DNA of 64,000 nucleotides from Squalus acanthias (Eukaryota): NCBI GenBank assembly GCA_030390025.1, contig CM059425.1, positions 171,618,001-171,682,000 on the forward strand, read 5' to 3'. The notes below the pieces were generated by a model. It worked only from the letters and a program-made list of their open reading frames with translations, ran no database searches and had not been told where the DNA came from. Both the position numbers and the translations under genes were made by a program. Below, in pieces: positions 37,016-50,808 of the stretch (the stretch's first letter is position 1; each line of letters starts with the position of its first letter).

Positions 37016-38479
37016 AATGTTCCTAAATAAGATGACACAGTCGCCACACAATAAAATTTAAAGCGGTAATCTAAAGGTTTCGGCATTAGACATAATAGAA
37101 CATAGTTCTCTTTTTAAGTTACCAATTTGATGTTTCCATTTATTCAGCTGATTTCACAAAACTGAGAAGTATGGAGCAAATGAGTTTATAATCAAAGGTA
37201 CTTCAGATTGTAGCTCATTTAATCTGCTTCGAACTGCCTCAAAATCTGTAAAAGGATCTTGGAGGATCAGAGTTTCTCATTCTTCATTCTGTGGCAGTTT
37301 AATGATGAGGAAATGAACATAATATGTACATGTCCGAACTACATGATTTCACCCATGCCCCTTATTTCCATCCAACCCCCTTCAGCAGCAAGAGATGGTC
37401 AAGGAATTGCATTTGTTTCAGCTCTAATGTGGTTCCTAGCTCAGCAAACACAAACAGGAAAGCACAAATAAGTTTCTCCCTCTATTCCCTCACAAAAAAT
37501 GAGCGTGCTGCTACTAAGAGCTCTCACCTCTTACTTTATTGCTCCAGGTTATTAAGAGATGATCAAAATCTATATATTGGTGCATACTTATACAGCCACT
37601 TGCCACTATCAACACCACCATATTCAAATGACAAAACAAAGTTAAAGAAAGACACAACTCTCTGTCTCGCCTGTTGGTTAAAGGCCAATTGCAGCACTGA
37701 AGCATGACGCATTCCCACATTTGGCTTTCCTAATCTGTTCAACATGGCAGGAGGTTTAATGCACAGGCACATGAGTTTACAGTACTTCAAAGTAGGCATT
37801 TAAAGCCACACCTGGCTCCCTGTTCAACCGTTTCAGTGCAATGGCTTTGAACACATATGTTGGGAATTCCAGCTTCAAAGTTTGTTGAGTTCATACAGCT
37901 GTGGAGCAAGTGGATGATGCAATTCCCTAACTTGAGCCGACTTTGAACCCCGCTGGAGACAACAATAATGTAGGGCATAGTAGCTGTGAGATCTACATAC
38001 TTGCTGGCTGATCCCATTTCCGAGAGGCAAGCATAATAGGCTCACTATTACATCTATCACTGTACCAGATTCGCAGACAATGTCATACAAATGTGAATAG
38101 CTAAGCTGACTGTGCACCATCACTTAAAAGTAACTATTTTAAGATTCTTGTTTGGTGGGAAGAAGGCAAATCTAACTTTATTTTGGTTATCAAACAAATA
38201 CATTTTATTGCAAGAGGAAAAAAAATTGGACCACAAAACTCAAGCAGTTACGCAAGAATGAGCGAGGAGGAATGTGACTGTGGATTTATCCACCATAGAG
38301 AGGAAGAGGATGAGTGGGTGACTTGTTTGCAAGTTATGAATTTTTGCTCCTTTAAAATTCAAAACAAAACTACCTTCACTTTTACGTACTATAGATTATG
38401 ATTCCATTGATTCAAAAATTAAATTGCCCAGTTTGTGGAAAATTCAAACTGCACCTACATAGTTAATATAGATCGGTAT

Positions 38480-41400
38480 CAGCCTTGGTTCTGTGGTAGC
38501 ACTCTCACCTCTGAGTCAGAGATTGTGGGTTCAAACTTCACTCCATTGACTTGAGCGCATATTCTCAACTGGCTCTTTAGTGTTCCTCCTTCGATGAGAC
38601 ATTAAACCAAGGCCAATCTGCTCTTTGAGGTGGGTATAAAAGATATTATGGCACTATTCAAAGAGAAAAGTAATTCTCCCTGTGTCCTGCCAACATTTAT
38701 CAACCAACACCACAAACACATAATCTGATCATTTATTCCATTGCTGCTGGTGGGAGCTTGCTGTGTGCAATTTGTTTGCCACGTTTCCTACATTACAACA
38801 GTGACTACACTTGAAAAGTACTTAAAAAAAATTTTTTTTATTCGTTTATGTGATGTGGGCGTCACCAGCAAGGCCAGCAATTATTGCCCATCCCTAATTG
38901 CCCTCGAGAAGGTGGTGGTGAGCCGCCTTCTTGAACCGCTGAAGTCCGTGTGGTGAAGGTACTCCCACAGTGCTGTCAGGGAAGGAGTTCCAGGATTTCA
39001 ACCCAGCGACGATGAAGGATCGGCAATATACTTCTAAGTCAGGATGGTATGTGACTTGGAGGGGAACTTGGAGGAGGTGGTGTTCCCTTCTAGATGGAAG
39101 AGGTCGCGGGTTTGGGAGGTGCTGCCGAAGAAGCCTTGGCGAGTTGCTGCAGTGCATCTTGTAGATGGTACACACTGCAGCCACGGTACGCCGGTGGTGG
39201 AGGGAGTGAATGTTTAAGGTGGTGGATGGGGTGCCAATCAAGCGGGCTGCTTTGTCATGGATGGTGTCGAGCTTCTTGAGAGTAGTTGGAGCTGCACTCA
39301 TCCAGGCAAGTGGAGAGTATTCCATCACACTCCTTACTTGTGCCTTATAAATGGTGGAAAGGCTTTGGGGAGTCAGGAGGTGAGACACTCACCGCAGAAT
39401 ACCTAGCCTCTGACCTGCTCTTGTTGCCACAGTATTGATGTGGCTGGTCCAGTTAAGTTTCTGGTCAATGGTGACCCCAGGATATTGATGGTGGGGGATT
39501 CGGCGATGGTAATACCATTGAATGTTAAGGGGAGGTGGTTAGACTCTCGCTTGTTGGAGATAGTCATCACCTGGCACTTCTGTGGCGTGAATGTTACCTG
39601 CCACTTATCAGCCCAAGCCTGAACGTTGTCCAGGTCTTGTTGCATGCGGGCATGGACTGCTTCATTATCTGAGGAGTTGTAAATAGCGCTGAACACTGTG
39701 CAGTCATCAGCGAACATCCCCATTTCTGACCTTATGTTGGAGGGAAGGTCATTGATGAAGCAGCTGAAGATGGTTGGGCCTAGGACACTGCCCTGAGGAA
39801 CTCCTGCAGCAATGTCCTGGGGCTGTGATGATTGACCTTCAACCACCACAACCATCTTCCTTTGTGCTAGGTATGACTCCAGCCAGTGGAGCATTATCCC
39901 CCTGATTCCCATTGACTTCAGTTTTACTAGAGCTCTTTGATGCCACACTCAGTCAAATGCTGCCTTGATGTCAAGGGCAGTCACTCTCATCTCACCTCTG
40001 GAATTCAGCTCCTTTGTCCATGTTTGGACCAAGGCTGTAATGAGGTCGGGAGCCGAGTGGTCTTGACGGAACCCAAACTGGGCATCAGTGAGCAGGTTAT
40101 TGGTGAGTAAGTGCTGCTTGATAGCACTTTCGATGACACCTTCCATCACTTTGCTGATGATTGAGAGTAGACTGATGGGGCGGTAATTGGCCGGGTTGGA
40201 TTTGTCCTGCTTTTTGTGGATAGGACATACCTGGGCAGTTTTCCACAGTCGGATAGATGCCAGTGTTGTAGCTGTACTGCAGCTTGGCTAGAGGCGCGGC
40301 TAGTTCTGGAGCACAAGTCCAAAGCACGACAGCCGGGATGTTGTCGGGGCCCATAGCCTTTGCTGTATCCAGTGCGCTCAGCCGTTTTTTGATATCACGT
40401 GGAGTGAATCGAAATGGCTGAAGACTGGCTTCTGTGATGGTGGGACCTCAGGAGGAGGCCGATATGGATCATCGACTCGTCACTTCTGGCTGAAGATGGT
40501 TGCAAACACTTCAGCCTTGTCTTTTGCACTCACGTGCTGGGCTCCGCCATCATTGAGGATGGGGATATTCATGGAGCCTCCGCCTCCCATTACTTGTTTA
40601 ATGGTCCACCACCATTCATGACTGGATGCGGCAGCACTGCAGAGCTTTGATCTGATCCGTTGATTGTACGATCGCTTAGCCCTGTCTATAGCATGCTGCT
40701 TCTGCTTTTTAGCATGCATGTACTCCTGTGTTGCAGCTTCCCCAGGTTGGCACCTCATTTTTCGGTACGCCTGGTGCTGCTCCTGGCATGCTCTTCTACA
40801 CTCCTTATTGAACCACGGTTGGTCCCCTGGCTTGATGGTAATGGTAGAATGAGGGATATGCCGGGCCATGAGGTTACAGATTGTGGTGGAATACAATTCT
40901 GCTGCTGCTGATGGCCCACAGCACCTGATGGATGCCTAGTTTTGAGCTGCTAGATCTGCTCTGAATCTATTCCATTTAGCACGGTGGTAGTGCCACACAA
41001 CACGATGGAGGGTATCCTTAGTGTGAAGACGGGGCTTCGCCTCCACAATGACTGTGCGGTGTTCACTGCTACCAATACTGTCATGGACAGATGCATCTGC
41101 GACAGGTAGATTGGTGAGGATGAGGTCAAGTAGGTTTCTCCCTCGTGTTGGTTCTCTCACTACCTGTCGCAGGCCCAGACTGGCAGTTATGTCCTTCAGG
41201 ATTCAGTCAGCTCGGTCAGTAGTGGTGCTACCAAGCCACTCTTGGTAATGGACACTGAAGTCCCCCACCCAGAGTACATTCTGTGCCCTTGCTACTCTCA
41301 GTGCTTCTTCCAAGTGGTGTTCAACATGGAGGAGTACTGATTCATCAGCTGAGGGAGGGCAGTAGCTGGTAATCAGCAGGAGGTTTCCTTGACTATGCTT

Positions 41401-41830
41401 GACCTGAAGCCATGAGACTTCATGGGGTCCGGAGTTAATGTTGAGGATTTCCAGGGCCACTCCTTCCCGACTGCATACCACTGTGCCACCACCCCTGGTG
41501 GGCCTGTCCTGCCGGTGGGACAGGACATACCCAGGGATGGTGATGGAGGAGTTTGGGACATTGGCTGAAAGGTATGATTCTGTGAGTATGACTATGTCAG
41601 GCTGTTGCTTAAATAGTCTGTGGGACAGCTCTCCCAATTTTGGCACAAGTCCCCAGATGTTGGTGAGGAGGACTGGGTTGACTGGGCTGGGTTTGCTGTT
41701 GCCGTGTCCATAGCTGGTGCCGAGGTCGATGCCGGATGGTCCGTCCAGTTTCATTCTTTTTATTGGCTGTAAAGTGCTTTTGGACGTCCTGAAATCATTA
41801 AAGGCAGTGCATAATGCAACTTCATTCGTT
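38480..41830 (+). mobile_element. DeuSINE-like SINE split by a LINE (38480-38823 plus 41761-41830)
   Basis: ..gtgactacacttgaaaagtactt | LINE | tattggctgtaaagtgcttttgg.. matches the contiguous sequence of the 27483 copy. Confidence 0.75.
38826..41757 (-). mobile_element. EN-RT LINE (CR1/L2 group), whole ORF region present but frameshifted
   Basis: APE motifs NIWGL, PDIVILTES, RGGG, VGDF, LLDLIL; RT motifs QFGFR, LDIKAAFD, PQGSVLGP, MFADD; begins just upstream of the ATG. Confidence 0.92.
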
Positions 41831-43452
41831 TCTTTCTTTTATAAAGGAAAGAAAACCATGTATGGATAAATCATATAAAGAAAATCAATATTATTTGTTG
41901 TTTATTATTCACAGGTAGTCCAGGACCTGGAGTGCATTTCTGATTGTTACCTGAGCCTACTGAGTGGCTCCTGGATTCTTAACCAAAGAGAAAAACAAAG
42001 AAAAGACACATACCAAACTGGCAAACTGATGTTCGCAGCAGACACCATGGTAACAGAATAGAATTATATTCCAACTGGCACCAAGGCCAAGTGGCGTGAG
42101 ATAGACCTGTGGACAGATTCTCCAACCCCTTGGTTAAAGTAAGTTCTGGAGTTAGATTGAGAACTGACTCCTGAGTTACTCTGGCATTTTTGTGTCAACT
42201 TGCACTCAACACTCTATTGTGGCAAAAACAGCAATCTATGAGTAGCCCTATGTTTGTCTTCCCAATATACTGCTCCCTAACCGATACTGCTGCTCAAGGT
42301 TTTTGGTTCTGATTTGTTTCTCAGTACTTTGTCACTTCATTACTTTTTGCTTGAATTATCTCTTAGTTCTCTGGTGCCTTTCTCTATCAACGGTCTTCCT
42401 CCTTTATCCCAATGCTATTCTTGCTCTCTTCAGTCCTCCCAGTTCCTGTGGGGTTTTTTTTGGTCTATGAACTAATGGGCTCACCGCTTTCTGTATCTTT
42501 GAGCACATGATAGGATGTGCCAAGCCCATCACCGAGGGGCAAAAACCAACACTGAATTTTTTTTTCAGATGCTGGAAAAGCACGCATGTGTGGTGGTCCC
42601 AAAATCTTGATGAAAAAAGACAGCAACAATGTGAGTTTCAAAATGGAAGCAAAATTGCTAAGAAATGGAAGCTTATGTCGCTAGGTAGGGCCACTAGTCA
42701 GGAATCCCAAAGAAATATGACAGCAGTCAGGAAGTGATTGGGAGAGATAAGGGAGTAAACATTTCCAGGGCAGGCGTCCCAAAAATAGTAGGGGGGTGCA
42801 GGGGAAGAATTAAAAGAGGAGTGTGAATTGGAAATATGTCAAACAATTCAAAGTTTTCTTAATTTTGTTTTCAAAGAGGATTGGTTCTGTTTTTTGGTTA
42901 ACAGGAATTATTTTGTCAACAGTGAAATACAGTGCGATCTCATGAATGTTCTTTGAAGGTGTTTCAAGAAATAGGAAATATGAACTAAATCAGTAGTGTT
43001 GCAACCTATGAAAATGTCAAGACACTTTCCCGTACATCGTGTACTAGCACAGATGCAAAACTTTCAATTATATTGATATAATACACATTAAACAGAAAAA
43101 AGGAGCATTTTCAAAGTATAAGTTACAAGCAGTTTATCTGCAATCTAATAAGAATTCTTCAACCTTAAGCACAGTTATTCAGTGTGTCTGGTGTTACGAG
43201 GTCATATTTTGTGACTTTTGTTTTTGATGCAATGAAGGCTGTCTTTATTTGATATGTTTTACCACATTAATTAATGGCACTATATAATTTCAAGTTGTTG
43301 ACACTATCTGAAAACCAAAACTGAACTTATTTAATCCCAATAAAAAAGTCATGCTCCTGTAGAATGATTTAGAACTTTAGAAAACTTGGAGGTCATATTT
43401 TAGATCTTTTTCTGTTCCCTTCTGCAGGTATAATTTGGCTTTATCAATGTAA

Positions 43453-43870
43453 ACATAGAAACATAAACATAGAATCTAGGAGCAGGAGTAGGCCATTCGG
43501 CCCGTCGAGCCTGCTCCGCCATTCAATACGATCATGGCTGATCATCCAAATCCAGTACCCTGTCCCTGCTTTAATCCCCACAGTACACATATCCCACCCT
43601 ACCCCCGTAACCCCACGTATTTAATTCCCCCTAACATATCCCATCCTATCCCCATAACCCCACATATTTAATCTCCTCTAACACTAAGGGTCAATTTATC
43701 ATAGCCAAATCAACCTAACCCACACATTTTTGGACTGTGGGAGGAAACCGGAGCACCCGGAGGAAACCCACGCAGACACGGGGAGAATGTGCAAACTCCA
43801 CACAGACAGTCACCCGAGGTCAGATTCGAACCCGGGTCTCTGGCGCTGTGAGGCACCAGTGCTAACCACT
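43453..43870 (-). mobile_element. HE1-type V-SINE, near full length
   Basis: tRNA head (agtggttagcact..gggttcgaatc), V-domain gtgtggagtttgcacattctccccgtgtctgcgtgggtttcctccggg, CR1-derived tail (tttctatg)n. Confidence 0.88.
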
Positions 43871-46800
43871 ATGTATGTGGCTTCCCAGTTGGAGAGTCAG
43901 TTTTGTGCAGCGTTTCATTTTTGTCTTCGAGCAACAGGGATGGGTATGTAAAAATAATGATTTTTAACATAGTTCAACCAATTCCCATGGCCTCCTTACC
44001 GAGTGAAATATTACACTTTTATTATGGATGGGCGTGTGTGTGTATGAGTGCACGCATGCTTTGCAGAGTCAAATAAAAAGTGTATATTTTCATTCAGACT
44101 CCAGTTTAAAAAGGAATAGTGAAAAGAGGAATATTTAAGAGCATGGGAAGCAAGCGAGAGGGCGGGTTTAGATTAGGTGGCTCATGTGGAAAAACAATAA
44201 CTTAGGGGTAGAAATTTGTCTTGGGCTGTTGCACAAAACAAGGGGTAGCGCATGCTCCTGCAGTTCTCCCCAGCGAACGTCAACTCCCTCTGTGCGTCAG
44301 CTCCTGTTCTCCCCCGCTGTTCTGTCTTGCTGAGCATCAGAGTCAGATCATACCACTCTCTCCCGCTGGGCATCAGCTCCGGGTGTTCTCTCTCCGAGTA
44401 ACATCTCCCTCTGTTCTACCTCACTGCATACTGGCTTTCTGCTCTTCACCCTGCGCCCGCCCGCCCGCTACCCCACCACAGGGTACCATCTCCTGCTGCT
44501 CTGCCCAGATCTCATTCCTCTCCCCTACGAGTGTAGGATCCTGCTTTCAGCTGCTGTGTACCAGCTCCAGTGCTCTTCCGCAGAGTGCTATCTCCCACTG
44601 CTTTATCCTGTTGAGTACTGAATCCTGCTCCTCTCCACCGCTGAGCGTTGGTTCCTGCTGTTTTTCTCCCTGCACCCCTTCAACCCATCCAGTATAACCT
44701 CTCTCAATGCGCACGTTCTCCTGCTGCATTCCCTGCTGAGTGCCACCGGAGGAAAGAAAAACAAAACAATAAAACAACCCACAGAAAAAAAGGAGGCAAA
44801 AGATGATAAACAAGATGCAAAGATGTAAGAAAAAGTAACAGTTTTGCAACAAACTCAATTTGATGGGAGATCCACTAATGCTGGGAGATCCACTAATACA
44901 AATCCTGACTTCATTTAATGCCAGTTTTAAAGTAAAATTTTTTAAACTTTACTTTAGCAGCAATTATTAGGTCCAGTAGTTTACAGAGAATGACGAAGCC
45001 AACTCGCATTTTTATTACATAGGATTCCAGGATTTTCAGTGGTGTTTTGGAAATCACACTCCACACTTCTGACCAGCCAGTTGCCTGACCAATTATTTAT
45101 TTTGCCAAATTGGATGAAAAGAGCCACATGTAAAATAAATCAGAACAAGTCATGGATCCGATCAGGATTGTACTCTTCCACTGAATCACTCAACAGTAGA
45201 GGGAATAAATTAAAACAAGCTCACATTATTTAGTGGGCAACATATATTGTGAAGATTACCATTACAGGCATCAACAACTGTTGCTTTAAATGATGTAGGT
45301 TTGATTAGTGGGAGTTATGAACGTGCACACAGTAATGTACATTCTTCCAGCACAGTATTTATCATTTGGTAAAAACCATTAGCACAACAGCATTTCTATC
45401 AGTCTTCATAAAAGGACCAGGAGGCTTTCCAAGCAGCCAGTATTTCAGTAAATGCAAACCATATTTAGCCTTTGTATTTCATGTGAAATCTACTGAATGT
45501 GCCATTTTTGATTCATTGCAATCGAGGTATTGATAGATTTTGCATTAAAAAAGCATTATCTGTACATGCATACATGTTGAACTCCCATCGATCTCCGTAT
45601 AATTCATTCATTAATGCTGGTTTCAGCCTCCGAGTCTCTATCACAAGGCACGAATAATAGCAAACCCATTTGATTGTCATTTGTAAAAGCTCACAAATAT
45701 GCAACAGTTCTCTTCTCTGATTTATCTGAAACCCTCAGGAAAACAGATTTGGAATGAAAGAATTCAGTAATATTCAAAGATTATTTGTTTTCATGTTAAA
45801 GTATCTGATTGAGGGCTGAGTATCCAGAAAACTGCTTAAAATAACCGTGACCTTGTCACTGTTGTTGCTGTCGATCTGTGCACAGTGGGAAACAGCCACA
45901 GAGGCCAAGCATTGTCTGTGCAAATATTCGAATACCATCAGACGAGCCTGCGCTCCGATATCTGCTCTTCAACTTACTAAGCACGGTAGATCTGGCTGAT
46001 GGACGGTTGCCAGATACACGTCTTCATTCATCACACACAACAGACCTACATTGAATGATGATGACCTATCCATGTGAATGAACATCACCCAGAGATTTCT
46101 ACACAAGTAGGAGATATTCAATGGAATGCAAATTCCTTATTAAGTGGAATTCAATTTCAGTCTGTTTAATATCCAAGAACAATGTACTGTGTGCATTAAG
46201 GGGGAAAGGAAAGTCCAGGGGAACACTTTTATCCAAACTACTCCCCCTTTATAATACACAAAAACATTAACAAAGAATTTTGATGGACTTATTAAAAAAA
46301 AATTGTAACTGGCATTAATTTCTCATATTGGGTCTCTGTTCTCAAAAGGCTATTTCTGTGATGTCACCAACAGTGAGCATCTCCATCGTAAACAGGGGCC
46401 CTGACATCTGAACAGCCTGAGATCCGCACTGCTCGGGAGCTTCCCAGACTTGGGAAACCACACTATAAGACTGAGACAGTAGATTCCCAAGCCTACAACA
46501 TGGGCTCCTGAGATCTGAGAGCTCTCAAGGCGGTTTCCAAGTCCCGGTTTCTGCTGTTTCCTATCGAGCCTCTCCAGGACATTCCCCATCAACGATGTCA
46601 CTGTACTGGCCTAACTGGGACGGAGATTTGACTTGAGGGTTTGAATGTCAGGAATAAATCTGGCACTTTTGCAAAAAGTGTCAATCAAAAGTCTCCTGAG
46701 GCTAATTATTTTCTTCTTTTAAAAAAGGGCAGAGTAGTTTGAACAAAATGCATTCTTTAGACCTGGCTTCACCTTTAATCAATCGTTCTGAAAGCTCTAT

Positions 46801-47048
46801 GGAACATAGAACTACTCATCTCAAGCACCTGTGCACAGCATCACTTATTTAGGTTTTCTGAAACATTTTGGCCAACTTGTGTATTACTTCTGAGCATTTA
46901 ATTGATTAGAAACAGATGCAGGAAAGGAGGAATGGGAACTAGGGTAGTTATGATGAAGAGTTTAAGGACTCGGGAGGGGAGTCTGAGGAGATTTCAGGTG
47001 TGTGGACTTCAAAAACAAAAGCACAAGATGCTTTTGCACAACCTCATC

Positions 47049-50000
47049 AGGGTCGATGAGGGAAATGCATTTGATGTAGTCTACATGGATGTTAGCAAGG
47101 CTTTTGACAAGGTCCCACATGGTAGACTGGACAGAAAAGTAAAAGCCCATGGGATCCAAGGGAAAGTGGCAAGTTGGATCCAAAATTGGCTCAGTGGCAG
47201 GAAGCAAAGTGTAATGGTCAACGGGTGTTTTTGTGACTGGAAGGCTGTTTCCAGTGGGGTGTGTAGGGCTCAGTGCTAGGTCCCTTACTTTTTGTCGTAT
47301 ATATCAATGATTTAGACTTCAATATAGGGGGCATGATTAAGAAGTTTGCAGATGATATAAAAATTGGCCGTGTGTTGATAGTGAGGATGAAAGCTGCAGG
47401 AAGATATCAATGAACTGGTCAGGTGGGCAGTAAAATGCCAAATCGAGTTCAATCCGGAGAAGTGTGAGGTAATGCATTTGGCGAGGGCTAACAAGGCAAG
47501 GGAATACACAATAAATGGTACGACACTGAGACATGTAGAGGAACAGAGGGACCTGGGAGTGCATGTCCACAGTTCCTGGAAGGTAGCAGGATAGGTAGAT
47601 TAGGTGGTTCAGAAGGCATACCTGATACTTTCCTTTATTAGACGAGGCATAAAATATAAGAGCAGGGAAGTTATGCTTGAACTGTGTAAAACACGAGTTA
47701 GGCCACAGCTAGAGTACTGCATACAGTTCTGGTCACCACATTACAGAAAGGATGTAACTGTACTAGAGAGGGTACAGAGGAGATTTACGAGGATGCTGCC
47801 AGGACTGGAGAATTTTAGCTATGAGGAAAGATTGGATAGGTTGGGGTTGTTTTCTTTGGAACAGAGAAGGTTGAGGGGAGACTTGATTGCGGTGTATAAA
47901 ATTATGAGGGGCCTAGATAGAGTGGATAGAAAGGACCTATTTCCTTTAGCAGAGAGGTCAATAACCAGGGGGCATAGATTTAAAGTAATTGGTGGAAGGA
48001 TTAGAGGTGGTGAAGGTCTGTCTGAAAGGGTAGTAACGGGAGAAACTCAAATCACATTTGAAAAGTACTTGGACATGCACTTGAAGTGCTGCAACCTACA
48101 AGGCTACGGATCAAGGGCTGCAAAGTGGGCTTTAAAAAAAGAAAATTGTTTCTGGGATGTGAGCGTCGCTGGCAAGGCCAGCATTTATTGCCCATCCCTA
48201 ATTGCCCTTGAGAAGGTGGTGGTAAGCTGCCTCCTTGAACCGCTGCAGTCCGTGTGGTGAAGGTACTCCCACAGTGCTGGTCGGGAGGGAGTTCCAGGAT
48301 TTTGACCCAGCGACGATGAAGGATCGGCGATATACTTCTTGGTCAGGATGGTGTGTGACTTGGAGGGGAACTTGGAGGTGGTGGTGTTCCCATGCGCCTG
48401 CTGCCCTTGTCCTTCTAGATGGAAGAGGTCGCGGGTTTGGGAGGTGCTGCCGAAGAAGCCTCTGCGAGTTGCTGCAGTGCATCTTGTAGATGGTACACAC
48501 TGCAGCCACGGTACGCCGGTGGTGGAGGGAGTGAATGTTTAAGGTGGTGGATGGGGTGCCAATCAAGCGGGCTGCTTTGTCCTGGATGGTGTCGAGCTTC
48601 TTGAGTGATGTTGGAGCTGCACTCATCCAGGCAAGTGGAGAGTATTCCATCACACTCCTTACTTGTGCCTTGTAGATGGTGGAAAGGCTTTGGGGAAGTC
48701 AGGAGGTGAGACACTCACCGCAGAATACCTAGCCTCTGACCTGCTCTTGTTGCCACAGTATTGATGTGGCTGGTCCAGTTAAGTTTCTGGTCAATATTGA
48801 CCACCAGGATGTTGATGGTGGGGGATTCGGCGATGGTAATGCCATTGAATGTCAAGGGGCGGTGGTTAGACTCTCGCTTGTTGGGAATAGTCATTGCCTG
48901 GCACTTCTGTGGTGCGAATGTTACCTGCCACTTATCAGCCCAAGCCTGAACATCGTCCAAGTCTTGCTGCATGCGGGCATGAACTGCTTCATTATCTGAG
49001 GAGTTGTGAACGGTACTGAACACTGTGCAGTCATCAGCAAACATCTCCATTCCTGATGTTATGTTGGGGGAAGGTCATTGATGAAGTAGCTGAAGATGGT
49101 TGGGCCGAGGACACTTCCCTAGAGGAACTCCTGCAGCGAAGTCCTGGGGCTGAAATGATTGGCCGCCAACCACCACAACCTTTGTGCTAGGTATGACTCC
49201 AGCTAGTGGACAGTTTCCCCCCCCCCGATTCCCATTGACTTCAGTTTTACTCGGGCTCCTTGATGCCACACTCGCTCAAATGCTGCCTTGATGTCAAGGG
49301 CAGTCACTCTCACCTCACCTCTGGAATTCAGATCCTTTGTCCATGTTTGGACCAAGGCTGTAATGAGGTCGGGAGCCGAGTGGTCTTGGCGGAACCCAAA
49401 CTGGGCATCAGTGAGCAGGTTATTGGTGAGTAAGTGCCACTTGATAGCACTATCGATGACACCTTCCATCACTTTGCTCATGATTGAGAGTAGACTGATT
49501 GATGGGGCGGAAATTGGCCAGATTGGATTTGTCCTGCTTTTTGTGGACAGGACATACCTGGGCAGTTTTCCACATTGTCTGATAGATGCCAGTGTTGTAG
49601 CTGTACTGGAACAGCTTGGCTAGAGGCGCAGCTAGTTCTGGAGCACAAGTTTACAGCACGATAGCCGGGATGTTGTCGTCTTCACACTGACTGTGTGGTG
49701 GTCACTGCTACCAATACTGTCATGGACAGATGCATCTGCGACAGGTAGATTGGTGAGGACGAAGTCAAGTAGGTTTTTCCCTCGTGTTGGTTCTCTCACC
49801 ACCTGTCGCAGGCCCAGACTGGCAGTTATGTCCTTCAGGACTCGGCCAGTAGTGGTGCTACCGAGCCACTCCATCACTTGGTAATGGACATTGAAGTCCC
49901 CTACCCAGAATACATTCTGTGCCCTTGCTACTCTCAGTGCTTCTTCTCCTTCCAAGTGGTGTTCAACATGGAGGAGTACTGATTGATCAGGTGAGGGAGG

Positions 50001-50808
50001 GCAGTAGGTGGTAATCAGCAGGAGGTTTCAGCCATGAGACTTCATGAGGTCCGGAGTCAACGTTGAGGACTCCCAGGGCCACTCCCTCCCAACTATATAC
50101 CACTGTGCCGCCACCCCTGGTGGGTTTGTCCTGCCGGTGGGACAGGACATACCCAGGGATGGTGATGGAGGAGTTTGGGACATTGGCTGAAAGGTATGAT
50201 TCTGTGAGTATGACTATGTCAGGCTGTTGCTTGACTAGTCTGTGGGACAGCTCTCCCAATTTTGGCACAAGTCCCCAGATGTTGGTGAGGGGGACGTTGC
50301 AGGGTCGACTGGGCTGGGTGTGCTGTGCCGGTGCCGAGGTCGATGCCGGGTAGTCCGTCCGGTTTCATTTTTATTATTTTGTTTCGTAGCGGTTTGTTAC
50401 AACTGAGTGACTTTCTGGGCCATTTCAGAGAGCAGTTAAGAGTCAACCACATTGCTGTGGGTCTGGAGTCACATATAGGCCAGACCAGGTAAGGACGTCA
50501 GATTTCCTTCCCTAATGACATTAGTGAACCAGATGGGTTTTTAACGACAATCCGATAGTTTCATGGTTACCATTACTGACTAGTTTTTTATTCCAGATTT
50601 ATTTAATTAACTGAATTTAAATTCCCCAGCTGCCGTGCTGGGATTTGAACACACGTCTCTGGATCATTAGTCCAGGCTTCTGGATTACTAGCCCAGTGAC
50701 ATTACCACCACACTACCGTTCCCGTTAGGCGGCATAGCTCTTTTTCGGCCGGCACAGCCACAATGGGCCGAATAACCTCCTTCTGTGCTGTAAACTTCTA
50801 TAATTCTA
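47049..50808 (+). mobile_element. Older CR1 3' fragment (47049-48130 plus 50725-50808) split by a LINE
   Basis: YMDVSKAFDKVPH, KFADD, RPQLEYCIQFWSP; the 3' UTR resumes after the insertion. Confidence 0.85.
48131..50724 (-). mobile_element. Near full-length tRNA-headed EN-RT LINE with ~0.7-kb internal deletion
   Basis: Same family as 38826-41757. The 5' end is tRNA-like, followed within about 355 nt by the ATG (50368) and the APE domain, with no ORF1. Deletion junction near 49678. Confidence 0.88.

Noticed and set aside
43800..43870. Functional tRNA gene (also at 9751, 27483, 38480, 50640, 55080)
   Set aside because: These are SINE or LINE heads followed by element bodies; acceptor stems are incomplete.
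44221..44858. Ser/Pro/Cys-rich ORFs
   Set aside because: CT-rich low-complexity sequence following a MITE-like terminus; no recognisable domain.
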